From NCBI GenBank assembly GCA_964016885.1, contig OZ024742.1, forward strand, positions 153,326,001 to 153,390,000: a stretch of DNA of 64,000 nt. The letters are read 5' to 3'. Position numbers and translations under genes: made by a program. Below are positions 14,320 to 26,519 of the stretch, in pieces. Numbering within the stretch: the stretch's first letter is position 1; each line of letters begins with the position of its first letter. This DNA is from Eledone cirrhosa (taxonomy: Eukaryota). Below the pieces are notes generated by a model. It had not been told where the DNA came from. It worked only from the letters and a program-made list of their open reading frames with translations, and did not search any database.

Positions 14320-16333
14320 TACATGTATATTATATGTGTGCATATATTTACATGAGTGTGTGTGTTTCGGTGGAGTGAGGCGAGGAAGAGAGAGGATGAG
14401 AGAGATAGAATGAGAATAGGCAAAAGAGTTGTTTGACCATTGTGGAAATATAAGTGAGGAAGACACTTACAAGCAAAAACAAATGCAAATGCCGTCTCAC
14501 CCACGCCGTTTGTTTTGCATCAGTTATCTACATAATAGTATATATTTTCAATTTAAAATATAACGAGAGAGCAAACAAACAAAAATTGATTCAAGAAAAC
14601 AATTCAACATTAAATATTTATAAAAATGTCTGATTTTGTTACAAAAGAAAAGAAATACCTAGACATTTTACCATATACTATATACTACACACCGCACATG
14701 CCATGAGAACAATACTTTGGCTATTGTTATAATATCTATTAACGCTTCATAGTGAAATATATATTATTTGTAAAACTGATATTGTCGAGTTTATGTAGAG
14801 TTTAACACATGAATAAATCTGACGCACGCACCACTCTAGAGTTTATATCCATACGTATTTTAATCGTTCTCTCTCTCTCGCGCTCTCTCTCTGTCTCTCT
14901 CTCTCTCTCTTTCTCTCGCATATGTATTTGTATATATAGATATGTTTGAGTATGCAGGTGTGTGTGTCATCTGTATATACCAGCCGCGGTTCAAAGGTTA
15001 ATCTGACTCAAGGTCCCGGCTGGCACAATATAGAGGACATTTCACCGTGACTAAAAATAAGCGAGAGTAGCTGTTAAAGCAGGCAAACGTCTTCAATGAG
15101 AGCATCAGGTGTGTGCCTTTTCTTCTCTTCTTTCACTCTTTCTCTCTCATCCCCGATCTTCTCTTCTCTCTACTCGTCATACTGCTCATCTACCCCTTGC
15201 TTTGTTTTTCTTATTTCGTCCTTTCTCTCTTGCTCCCGCTCTTTTACTCTCTCTTCTACTACTTGCCGCCCGTGCTGTCACTTCCACCGGCTGCCACTTT
15301 GCCGGTCCTGGGCTTTTACTGTCATTTCTAGTGGCGATTCACTTTTGATATGACGCATTTTGATTCTTTCTCTGATCTTTCTGTCTGTGTATCTGCCCTG
15401 TTCATTTTATTTCACACACATCATACCAGGAGTTCTCTTTATTTTTCTGTTGCAGGAGCTCGTTATTAAAATCGTGCGAAGCCACAGCCATTACGAGAGC
15501 TGTGGAAGTGTAAAGATGTGTGATATTGTTCTGTTCATTGCCTTCCTTTACTTGTTTCTTCCTAGCACTTCTGCGTATCAACACACTCCTCGTCACTGAT
15601 TTGCGTATGTTTGTGTATTTGTGTATGGGTGTGTGTGTGTGGGTGTGCGTGTGCCTGAATGAGGTTGTATGAGTGTATGTGTATACATTTTAAAAATTGT
15701 CCCGCGAGGTGAAAATCATACAAAATGAATGAAAAGTTGGACGAAGACACCGGAACAACTGTCGGAATAAGGGAGGGTCTTCTGTTATCAGTCCGTTAAG
15801 ATCGATACAACGGGCCACAGTGCATATGGGAGAGTAGGAAAGGGACAAAAGTCAACAAAGTAAAGATGTTTGATTTTTCGACTTTTTAAAAATAAAATAA
15901 GATTGCTACCATCCAATGTGCTGTGGCTAAAAACAAAAAAAGTAAAGACTAAGCCCAACATATTAACCAAGAGGAGAAAGTCTGCTGATAAGGTGGTGTG
16001 ATAAAGGGAAGTGGAAGAGAGATGATACAAACTTTAATTTTATCTTTTGGAAGTGTGACTTCAGTTGTAGTTCTAGACAATTTTATTTAATTTTATAATA
16101 TTATGACTTGGTAGATCTAGTAAGTTCTTTGATACTTTCGGTGGGAAGATTAATAAAGATTCCTGGTTAACTTTCCTGGAGAACATTCTCGCATTCGTCG
16201 GTGGCAATTCTCAAACTGAGATCACGTTGTGTTGTGCTGTGTGGCTCTATATATAAGAGGGATTTGGGGTATGTCTCGGGGGTGTTAATGAGTGTGGGAG
16301 TGATGGAGTGTTGATGAAGATTTAATGGGATTC

Positions 16334-16383
<50 letters not shown>

Positions 16384-16523
16384 AATAGTGAATTGTAACA
16401 GCAAGATAATTGATTTGGAGTCATGTTGGGTGTTTACGAAAGGGGCTGTAGAAGTGCCCTCCTGCTGGTTCCATTTCAATAAATGCCCTTTGATATACGT
16501 AATGGCAGTATACATATGTATAT

Positions 16524-16604
<81 letters not shown>

Positions 16605-16689
16605 ATATATATATATATATATAAATCATATATAAATATATATATATATATATATAAATCATATATAAATATATATATATATATAAATG

Positions 16690-16744
16690 TAAGTATGTAT
16701 GTATACGTACATACATATATGTATACAGACGTACAGTAGCATGC

Positions 16745-16775
<31 letters not shown>

Positions 16776-16985
16776 CAGGTACACATACATATATGTACGT
16801 ATCAGTTTAGCGGACGTTTATTATAACGCCCGCTTTGTCCGTTTGTAAACAAACTGACAGCCTGAATTTATGCCGTACGGTGTTAAGGCAACCACGTGAC
16901 CTTTTTGTTCAACACTGACACAGGAACGATGTAAGTAAGTGCCGTACTAAGAGTGAGAAATGAAATTTCGTTTTCATTTTATTAC
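16690..16985 (-). repeat. Diverged fragment of the small HHR element family at 45.7-46.65 kb
   Basis: Shares the TATACAGACGTACAGT, TTTGTTCAACACTGACA.GGAACGATGTA and GTACTAAGAGTGAGAAATGAAATTTCG blocks. Confidence 0.75.
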
Positions 16986-16993
16986 AATTAATA

Positions 16994-17000
<7 letters not shown>

Positions 17001-17070
<70 letters not shown>
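17001..17070. repeat. (TAA)n tract 5' of R4/Dong copy A1
   Basis: Direct inspection. Confidence 0.95.
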
Positions 17071-19497
17071 GGAGCAAACTAAAACATTCTGGAGAGGAAT
17101 ATGGGAGCAAACTAAAACATTCTGGAGAGGAATATGGGAGCAGGATGTTAGACACAATGCCCAGGCAGGGTGGATTGAGACAGTACAGAGGGAGATCGGT
17201 GAGCAGGCACAACAACAAACTGATTTGAGTATCACAGTTGAAACTCTTAAGGGGCAGGCCAAAAAACTAACCAACCGGAAATCACCAGGCCCAGATGGTG
17301 TGCAGGGGTATTGGATTAAACATTTAACATCCCTCCACCCGAAGCTGACGGCCATGTTCAATGACTTCTTGGTGTCGGGTGAGGTGCCAGAGTGGTTGAC
17401 AAAAGGTACCACAGTTCTGATAATGAAAAACCGAATCAAGGGTAATGATGTTACCAACTATAGACCTATCACATGTCTGTCCGTAATGTGGAAACTGTTG
17501 ACGAGCATTGTGTCTGAGGAAATCTACCATCACCTCCACACAAACAACTTGTTACCGGACGAACAGAAAGGATGCCGAAAGAAGTCACGTGGTACAAAGG
17601 ACCAGTTGCTTATTGATAAGATGGTAATGGGGAATTGCAGGAGGAGACACACTGATCTTGCCATGGGATGGATAGACTACAGAAAGGCATTTGACATGGT
17701 GCCTCATTCCTGGATCACCAAAAGCCTGGAGATCTTCAGGGTGGCAGATAACATCAGACAGTTGCTAGGAGGAGTATGGGGTCCCGGGAGACAGAGTTGA
17801 CATCAACTGGAGTATCCTTGGGAAGCGTGAAGATCAAGAGAGGTTTCTTCCAGGGAGATAGCCTGTCACCTCTGTTGTTTGTCCTTGCCCTGATGCCCTT
17901 GACCATTATGCTGCGAAAAGTGAGAGCAGGATACAAGTTGGGAAGGGGAGAGCTTACCATCAATCACCTCCTCTTCATGGACGATCTTAAGCTCTTCGGG
18001 AAAAGTGAGAAGGAGTTGGATGTGCTTGTTGACACTGTCCGTATTTTCAGCAGTGATATATGTATGCAGTTTGGTATTGGTAAATGTGGAGTCATTGTGA
18101 TGAAGAGGGGTAGGTTGAGCAGAAGTAACGGGATCCAGATACCAACAGGTGAGATGATAAAAGAAATTGACTCTGAGGAAGGATACAAGTATTTGGGCGT
18201 TCTGGAGGCTGATGGCATAAAGAACAAAAAAATGAAGGAATTGTTAAGAACTGAATACATTCGAAGAGTAAGGAGCGTATTGAAGTCACATCTGAACAGC
18301 AGAAATGCCATAAGCGCAGTAAATTCCCGAGCTGTGTCTATTATTAGGTACAGTGCGGGAATTCTGAGATGGAATGTTGCTGAACAAAAAGAAATGGATA
18401 GGAAGACTAGGAAGCTATTGACTATCTACAACATGTTCCACAAGAGGAGTGATGTCGATAGACTCTACCTAAGGAGATCTGAGGGTGGAAGAGGTCTTAT
18501 CAGCATAGAGGACTGTGTTCAGATGGAGAAAAACAACCTATACAAATACGTGACCTATAGTAAGGAGCCAATGCTCAGAACTGTACTGAAGGAGGGGACA
18601 GTAGGCCAGGGGATGTCCAAGGAGGAAATAACATCAAGGAGGAAGAGCAGCCTTAAGGGAAAATCCCTTCATAGTACCTTCTTTGAGAAAACTGAATTTA
18701 GAGATCCACAGACATGGAACTGGTTGAGAAGAGGAGACCTCAAAAAGACTACAAAAGGAATGCTAATGGCTACGCAGGAGCAGGCCCTCAAAACGAAGTG
18801 GTTGAAGCAACATATCTACAAGGAGGAGGCTAGCCCACTGTGCAGGATCTGTGGAGAGAGAGAGGAGACTGTGGCTCACATTGTGTCCGAGTGTAAACAC
18901 CTAGCCCAGACCCACTATAAGAGCTGGAGACACGATGTGATGGGCAGGGTGATCCACTGGCACCTGTGCAAAGTAAACAATTTACCACATTCTGAGAAAT
19001 GGTATGAGCATAGGCCAGAGGCGGTGATGGAGAACAATCAGGTGAAGGTGCTGTGGGATTTTAGGATACAGACGGACAAAAAACTGGAACACAATAGACC
19101 TGACCTGGTGGTTGTGGACAAAGAAAAAAGAACGTGTCTGATTGTGGATGTGGCCTGCCCGTTCGACACGAGAGTGCAAGAGAAGGAGAGGGAGAAAATT
19201 AACCGATACCAGGACCTATAGTGGGAGGTGAAAAGGATTTGGAACTGCCATGAAGTCAAAGTGATCCCGATTGTCATAGGCGCACTGGGGACTATCTCCA
19301 AAAGTTTCCAGGGATGGTTAAAGAAAATCGGCCCCTTCACGCTTTTTGGAACGCTTCAAAAGGCATGCTTGCTTGGAACAACAAGAACCCTCCGATACGT
19401 CCTGAATATCTGAGGCTGCAGGTAGTGGCTTGATATTCAATCCAACGGACTTTCCAGTTAACCAACATCAATGACTGAGATTCAAGGAATAGCAATA
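17071..19497 (+). mobile_element. R4/Dong-like RLE non-LTR retrotransposon, family A copy 1 (5'-truncated, lightly decayed)
   Basis: RT (YRPITCL, WIDYRKAFD, QGDSLSPLLF, LFMDD), CCHC (CRICGEREETVAHIVSEC), RHD, PD..D endonuclease (RPDLVVVDK..IVDVACP). One frameshift near 17770 and a stop at 19219. (TAA)n on both sides. Confidence 0.93.
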
Positions 19498-19500
19498 GTG

Positions 19501-19550
<50 letters not shown>
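19498..19550. repeat. (TAA)n junction shared by the 3' ends of A1 and B1
   Basis: Direct inspection. Confidence 0.95.
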
Positions 19551-19552
<2 letters not shown>

Positions 19553-19800
19553 TTTCTTTATTAACCACAAGTGTTTACATAAAGTAGACATTAAGGACAG
19601 TGCAGGACAATACAGGACGGTACAAATGGGCATTTCTGCGTGTAAAAAACAAAAACAGAGGATGTAACAAAAAATAACAATGAAAAATTCCCCAATAGGG
19701 GGGAGACTTCGGAGGGATATTTGTGGAGAAAGCCCAGTAAAAGGCCACAATGACCCAGACCACCAAGGTAAGTGCCCTCTCCCAGTTTTCCACCTTTAAT

Positions 19801-22800
19801 TTACAGATATATACTCAGAGTAGGCACATTCACTCGGGCCATTCTTGCTTCTCTCACCCATCTTTCAACAAAATGCTGGGAAGAGAGCACTTCCCTCTCT
19901 ACTCTGATTTTCCTTTTCAAATGAAATTTGAAAAAGTCAATCAGAGCATCACCGAAGAGGTAAGTGCTCGTCTTCAGCCCTTTCAAACGTGTCCACCATA
20001 CTATCTCTTTCGCCATGGCCACCAGACAGATACAAACTGACTGCCCTTCCCGGCTAAAGGAGGAGGGCGGGGCAATCTTCACGATGGACTCAGATGATAG
20101 CCGGATCCGTCCTAAACGCGACAGCAGGTGTTCGACATAAACCCACAAGTCAGCAATTTTCGGACACTGGACGAGTGCGTGCAGGACAGTTTCGTCGCCC
20201 TGCGCGCATCTCTACATGCCCGCTGACGGCACCTCCATGCCTGTAGAGTTTATCCCAAACTGGCAAGGCTCCTCGGTAGCACTGCCAGGCCAGAGATTTC
20301 TGGAAGTTGTCCATAGGCCCTGGCCCGAAAGTTCTTCCGAAGAGATTGGCTAGTTGATTTTCGTCGACGCCTAGAGTTTCCCCAAGTACGTCGTCGCTCT
20401 TCCCCTCCACTAATCCTCTATAGAACGACGAGGTGGAGTTTCCACCGATCACATTGCCCGATTGGTCGAGGGCTGTGAGCGCCTGAAGACATTCCAGTCT
20501 CCAGGCGCTCCCTCTCGGTCTTCGCTTGACCCAGGACTGCAGCTCCGTCAAGGAAACGAGCTGGGGAAATACGTGTCTAGCAAACGGCGACCACACCTGA
20601 TCACCGTCGAGGAAGAGGTGGAGATGTCGTAGCCTGAGCGCGTGCCTGCGCATCATCAGCCACGGCATGCCCAGCCCTCCACGTAGCGGGTGTTGACAAC
20701 AGATGGACCGCCTGACCATCGGAGCGCGTCCCTTCCACAAAAATCGAAAGAGCAAACGCTCCAGCGCAGTCAGGCGAGGCTTAGGACAAGGTACGACAGT
20801 CAGGCGGTAGCAGATGACGGACGCGATGTACGCGTTAGCCACCTCCGCTTGACCTTTCAGGGATAGCTTCCTCTCGGCCCATTTCTGGGTGAGAGAAGCC
20901 ACCCGGCTCGTCACCTCGTCCCAGTTTTTGTCCGTCTGGAGGTCCGGACCGAACCAGAACCCTAGCAATTTAACCAGTCCGTCCGTCCAGCGTCCGACGA
21001 CGCTGTTGGACGGCATGGACCTGCCTCTCCAGGTGCCGAGCTGCAGGCCCACTGAATTTTCCTGGCTGATCATTGCTCCTGTCACCGCTTCGTATTCTCT
21101 TAGTGTAGTGCCGATCGCGTCGATGTGTTTGGCGTTCGACACCACTACTGTGACATCGTCCGCATATGCTGACACGGATCTTCCGCATCCTAGTTCGCGC
21201 GGGACGCCCCTCAACGTCTCCAGTTTGTGCAGTAATGGCTCGAGAGTCAATACGTACAAGAGGGACGAGAGGGGACATCCTTGGCGGACCGAGCGCATGA
21301 TGTTGAACGGTTCCGACAGGTGACCGTTCATTCTCATCACAGAGCAGATGTCGCTGTGCATGGCAGCGATCCAACCTCTGAAGACGGGCCCAAAGCCAGC
21401 CGCCCTCAGGACGGCCGCTAGATAACGATGGTCGACCCTATCGAAAGCTTTCGACTGATCTAAATTGATCAAGGACCCACCCGTGCCAGGTTCCCTAGCT
21501 AGCCTCTCGACGATGTATCGCATGAGGTGGAGGTTGTCGTGGATGGATCTGTCGGGAATGGCGCATGTCTGCGCCTCTCCCACCAGACCACCAACGACAA
21601 GCGCCAACCTCTTTTCTAGCACCTTGGCCAAAATCTTGAACTCTGTGTTTAGCAGAGTTATGGGCCGGAAATTATCTATGTTATCCCCCTTGTTCGGATC
21701 ATTTCTCAGCAGTGCCACCGCTCCTCGGCTCACAGAACTGGGAATTCTCCCGTTCTGTTGCCAGTTGCAGTAGACGTCCGCCAAGAGGCCTCCGAACAAG
21801 TCTGGCATCTGTACGTAAAGTTCATAGGGCAGACCATCCAAACCAGGCGATTTACCCCTTGTGCAGCCAGTCATTGCCTCCCTTACTTCAGCGGCTGTTA
21901 TCGGCTTTTCGCAACACTTCGCCTCAGTGGCCGAGAGCCGCGGCAGTCCTTCGAGGTAGACACTAAAGTCCATCCCCGACCCGGCCCACCGCTGCCCCCG
22001 AACAGCTGAGCGAAGTGTCGCTGAAAAGCTTCACACATTTGCCCGGGATCAAGTAGCATTCGCCCGTCGTGGTCCACCAAAGACCTGATCGTGGCTTTGT
22101 TGCCACGACGCGCCTCCGCCACTCGGGCCCATTGAACGGCTTTCGTCCCCTCGTGTCTGAGAGCACGCACCCTTGCTCTGACAACGCAGCCTTCGTGCTT
22201 TGCATTGAAGAATTGGTCAAGGGCCAATTTCGCCGCAAGCACGTCGGTCGCAATGCCTTTGCTAAGCGCCTCGTCTAATTTTCTAACTAGTTCTCGCTCT
22301 GCTCTATTTTTCTCTATTGCTAAAGCCTTACTAAACCTAATGGATTCTATTCTAATCGCTCTTTTCAGAGCAAACCACCACTTGTTGTTGACGATGGCCC
22401 CCGTCAACGCCCGATTAACTAGTTCGATAATCCGGTCTCTGTAGGCCTTGCGCGCTGGTAAGGACGCGTTTAGCTTCTAGCAGCCGGGTCCTCGTCTATG
22501 AAGCCTATCTAAGTCAAGCACACAGATCACGAATTTGTGGTCCGTGTAGCTGACTATCTTGAATTGTGGACAGCCTATGCTAGACCTATCTATTTCCCTA
22601 CAAAATACTCTATCTAGGTATGATCTGGATAACCCTATGCGATTTGTCCAAGTCCACATTGGCACATTCGGGAAATCAAATCGGTACCTGTCAGACAGTT
22701 CAAAACGCCTGAGCAGGTTGGTGAGGCTCTTGCACCCTCCACCCCTATCCGCTAATCCCACACAGTCCCAGCGTGCATCTAAGATCCCGTTCCAGTCGCC

Positions 22801-23217
22801 CACTAACACTAACGAGCGGGACGTTCCAAGAAAGGTCTCCAGACGCCGGAAGAAATCAGGCCGCCCTGCTCCTGTCGGGGCATAGACGGTCACTAGCCTG
22901 AAAGCTTGCCCGTCTCCGCTGGTCACGTCCAGCACCACCAGCTTACCCTCTGGGTCCAGGAAGATGGCCCGTATGGCGAGATCCAAAGCTCTCCGAAAAA
23001 GCACAGCAACTCCTCCCCCCGATCCAGGACGGCTGGGAGATGCGTACACATCGTAGCCGCCAAAGATCGGTGCGAAGGCCCGTGCTTCGGAGATTCTGGT
23101 CTCGCTGATGGCCACTACATCTATGTTTAGTGACCTGAGGTCGTTGAGCAGGTGACCCTGCTTCCATGACGACCCCAAGCCACGCGCATTTATGCTGCCT
23201 ATTCTGAGTGAGGTCAT
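19801..23217 (-). pseudogene. Tx1-like ORF2: apurinic endonuclease + RT + C-terminal zinc knuckle
   Basis: SINARGL, ISETR, VYAP, GDWN, YLDRVF, TDHK (APE); KSPGLDG, FRPITLLN, LDQSKAFDRVDH, QGCPLS, YADD (RT). Stop at 22477 and two frameshifts. Confidence 0.92.
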
Positions 23218-23252
23218 GTTTAAAATAGAGTGGAAATGAGGGGAAAGACCAC

Positions 23253-25330
23253 TTACCGTACTTTTCGTAGAGGAGGGATGGTTTTTACATCCCTTTTCAC
23301 TTGATCGTCTTGTGAAGGGACCGTTGAATCGTCCCTTCGGCTGGTCGTCGGCTCTTCTAAGAGAATGTCTGAATATACTCTTCGATTGATAGTTCCTCCT
23401 AGGTCCCTGAAATCACCAACTGCGTTGGGGAATTTCGTTTTAATGTTTGTGTATTGTTTCTGTGCTATTTTTAGCAGTCTTATGTTAGTTGGCGTTTTGA
23501 TTGGTGCTGGTATTATGTAGTCGTGTTGTGAAATGTCTGTGTGTTCAATTATGTAAGTCATTAGTTTCTTGTTGTGTGTATTTATTGCCGTGCATTTGTT
23601 TTTCTGGGGGTGGGGTGTGGTTCTGCTATTTTCTTGTCGTTGTTGCTGGGTGTGTGTGTTTTGTTGTTGTGTTTGCGATGTTGGTGCTTGTGGTGGTGGA
23701 GTTTAAGGTGCTGTTGGCGGTGGGGTTGTCGCCGGTGGTGATGGTGGTGCTAGTGTGGGTGGTGATGGTGTTGGTGGTGTTGCTGCTGGGGTTCTCTTTG
23801 CAGTAGACTTTACCCTTTTCTCATTTCTTTCCTCCCTTTTCAAAGGCGACGATGCGCTGCTTCTGCGTTTGTCCCTTCTTACGACCTTTTGCCATCCCTC
23901 TCCCACCTCACAGTCATGTCTGATTCTGTGAGGTCGGGGAGGGGTACCAGCCTCACTCTTTCACTTGTTGTTGTTGGTGATGTTTGCACTGGAGTCTCTG
24001 TTGCAGCTGCATTTGGTATTGCTGTTGTTGTTGTTAATATTTCCACTGCTGCTGCTGTTTTTGATTTCCGTGGCGTGGGTATGGGTGCCACGGACCTATC
24101 GTTCCTGGTTGCCGCTTGTCCTGTTGCTGGTAGCCGGGGAGCCGGTTTCGGAAGGAGGGGGGTTTTCTCCTTTCTCAGGGTCTTCTCGTTGCAGAAGGCC
24201 CTGAGGTGAGTCTTCGATCCACAGCGAAAGCATTTCGGGCGTTTTCCATCAACACTTATGGGCAGTTGAGTGCCGTTATCGAACTCTATCACATCCGGGA
24301 TAGCTTCGATGCACTCCTGGTTGGTTTGGATTAGCATCTCAATGGAGGTGCCGACCCAATCTTCTCTTACTTTTTTCTGTACTTGCAGTACAGTTGTTTT
24401 GTCCTCGATTCCGACGAGGACAGACGCGGCCAGCCAAGAAGGGGCCATTCCGGGGGGGGGGGGGAGGTGGGTCAGTTTGACCCTCACAATTTTTTTGCCC
24501 GCAGTAGGAGGGCACCAACACCATTTCCTCGCTCCTTAGGGTCACTACGGATTGGGCCTTTGCCTCCTGGGGTGTGGCAACAAGTACGTCTACGGTGGCA
24601 TATTTTTTCCTCGGGTGATGTGCGTTTTCCGCTGCCACACATACCCCAACGCTTTTTGTATTTGCGCCTCTGTGGCTCTTTCCACCTTACGGGATTTTGT
24701 ACTTACTGTACGGTACGTGACCGTACAGTGCTGTTGGGTTTCGAAAAATGTTTCCGCTGCCTTGCAGATTGCTCGGTGTCCAGTCTTTGTCACCATCTTC
24801 TTCGCTTCCTCTAATTCCTCATTTGTTATGATGATTGTTTCCAAGTTTTTCGCAATACCTGCAAGTGAGATTGGTTTTTCTTTGCTGCTGTTGTTGTTGT
24901 TGTCGTCAGAGCTGCTGTTACTTTTGTTGTTGCTGCAGGTACTACGACTACTGCCTCCGCCTCTGTTGCTGTGGTTGTTGTTGGTGTTGCTGCTGCTAAT
25001 GCTGTTGTTTATGCTGCTGGTGATGCTGTTGCGGCTGCTACTGTTGTTTTCAATGTCACTGTTGCTGTTGTTATTACGGCTGCTACTGCTATTATTCCTG
25101 ACGTCAGACGAATGAACTGGGTTTTCGTATTTCCCGCACACCTGTTTCGTCGCTGTCGTTGCCGTCGTGGAGAAACCTTGCACGCTTTGCACGAGACTTT
25201 TCTTTTCTTTCGTCGCTTGCGAAAGAGAAGGCAGGGAGAGAGACAATCTTCTCTCTGCTGTAGTGATGATTGAGGAAGAAGAAGACGGAATGAGTGGGAG
25301 TGACCTATGAAATTTCTTTTTCGTAGCCAT
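23253..25330 (-). pseudogene. Tx1-like ORF1 (gag-like, CCHC knuckle CFRCGSKTHLRAFC; Asn/Ser- and Pro/Thr-rich tracts), frameshifted
   Basis: Pieces in ORFs 24590-25369, 24339-24638, 23879-24487, 23703-23906 and 23253-23561; collinear with the copy at 39.1-41.3 kb. Confidence 0.85.
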
Positions 25331-25571
25331 GTTTTTTTTTTTTTTGTTTAAAATAAATATTGGGTACAAAACCCCAATAAGCAGTTATTTAACCCCGAAG
25401 GGCCAAATAACGGGAAGAAAGATCCTCTCACGAGGAGGAGGGTGTTTTTGTCTACAAGTTCGTTAACATTTTAAACAATTTACAATTGTTATAGTGTTCA
25501 AAATTTACAATACCTTACAGAGCCGAGCCTCCGTCAACCATATCATTCCATAATAATAATAATAATAATAA

Positions 25572-26290
25572 GGGAAGAAGATACACGTGGTGGTAGAAGG
25601 TCATGAAATCGCTCCCGTAAGTTTTTGATTTTTAACATATTTAAATCAATTGTGAAATAACAATTCTTAGTACAAATGTTGCATAAACTACAGAATCAAG
25701 TCCCATAAAATTTCGGATTCATATTGTTATATCGCTCAAATATTCAATTTTGTATTATATATTTTGTATTCAAAAAAGAAAATAGTTATAAATGGAAGAA
25801 AACACCCTCTGTCTACACTATATAGAACAGCCAAATAACAGCAATTTCACCAACACCAGAAACTTGATACACCACATACCCCTTCACACTAAATATAACA
25901 GCCAGATAACGGCAATTTCACCACCACCACCACCAATCCTAGCATCATAATAATAATTACTATTATTATTGTCTCAAGTTTTAACAACATGTTTAATTCC
26001 AATTTTACGGGAATATGTCAACACAATATGTATTAAACATACGCGACACAAACTCATAGATATTACATATCACAAAACTCAGTAACGACAACGCCACCGC
26101 CACCACCACTCCATCCATCATTGCTACCACTATCCCATCACCACCGCCACCACTCCTTCATTGCTACCACCACTATTCCCCTGTTAACTTGAGAAAGGGG
26201 AAGGTGGCGGTATCACTAGACAAGGGAGAGGCTAGCAAAAGATATAAATAGATTGACTTAGTGACCTGGCCACCGGCCAAACGTCAACAA
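25572..26290 (+). repeat. Spacer repeat homologous to 30567-31650
   Basis: Shared AATCGCTCCCGT(A/G)AGTTTTTGAT, (CAC)n-rich blocks and AAAGATATAAATAGA.TGA.TTAGTGAC. Confidence 0.75.
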
Positions 26291-26519
26291 TTATGGCACT
26301 GCTGGCTCACCCCTTCCTCACCAGCAATATAAAAAGCCCCAGCACCACCACCGACATAGCCAACAACAATAACAGGCAACTTCAGCAAAAAGTATATTAT
26401 ATTATTGTAATGCACTGGGTGATTGCTGGCCTTGTGCCTGGAGTGGGGACAATTATTAATAATTTCATTCTTAAGCCACGCCATGCTCACATTAAGGAAC
26501 CACTCATGATAATAACAAT

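Larger units (their letters stand above)
19551..25550 (-). mobile_element. Apparently full-length Tx1/L1-clade LINE, family B copy 1
   Basis: ORF1 + ORF2 layout; 3' end AATAAAGAAATC-(ATT)n; (TAA)n also at the 5' end (25551-25571). Confidence 0.93.

Noticed and set aside
20889-22885. Plus-strand ORFs antisense to Tx1 ORF2 (also 36.7-38.7 kb)
   Set aside because: Typical shadow frames of GC-richer coding sequence; short and without motifs.
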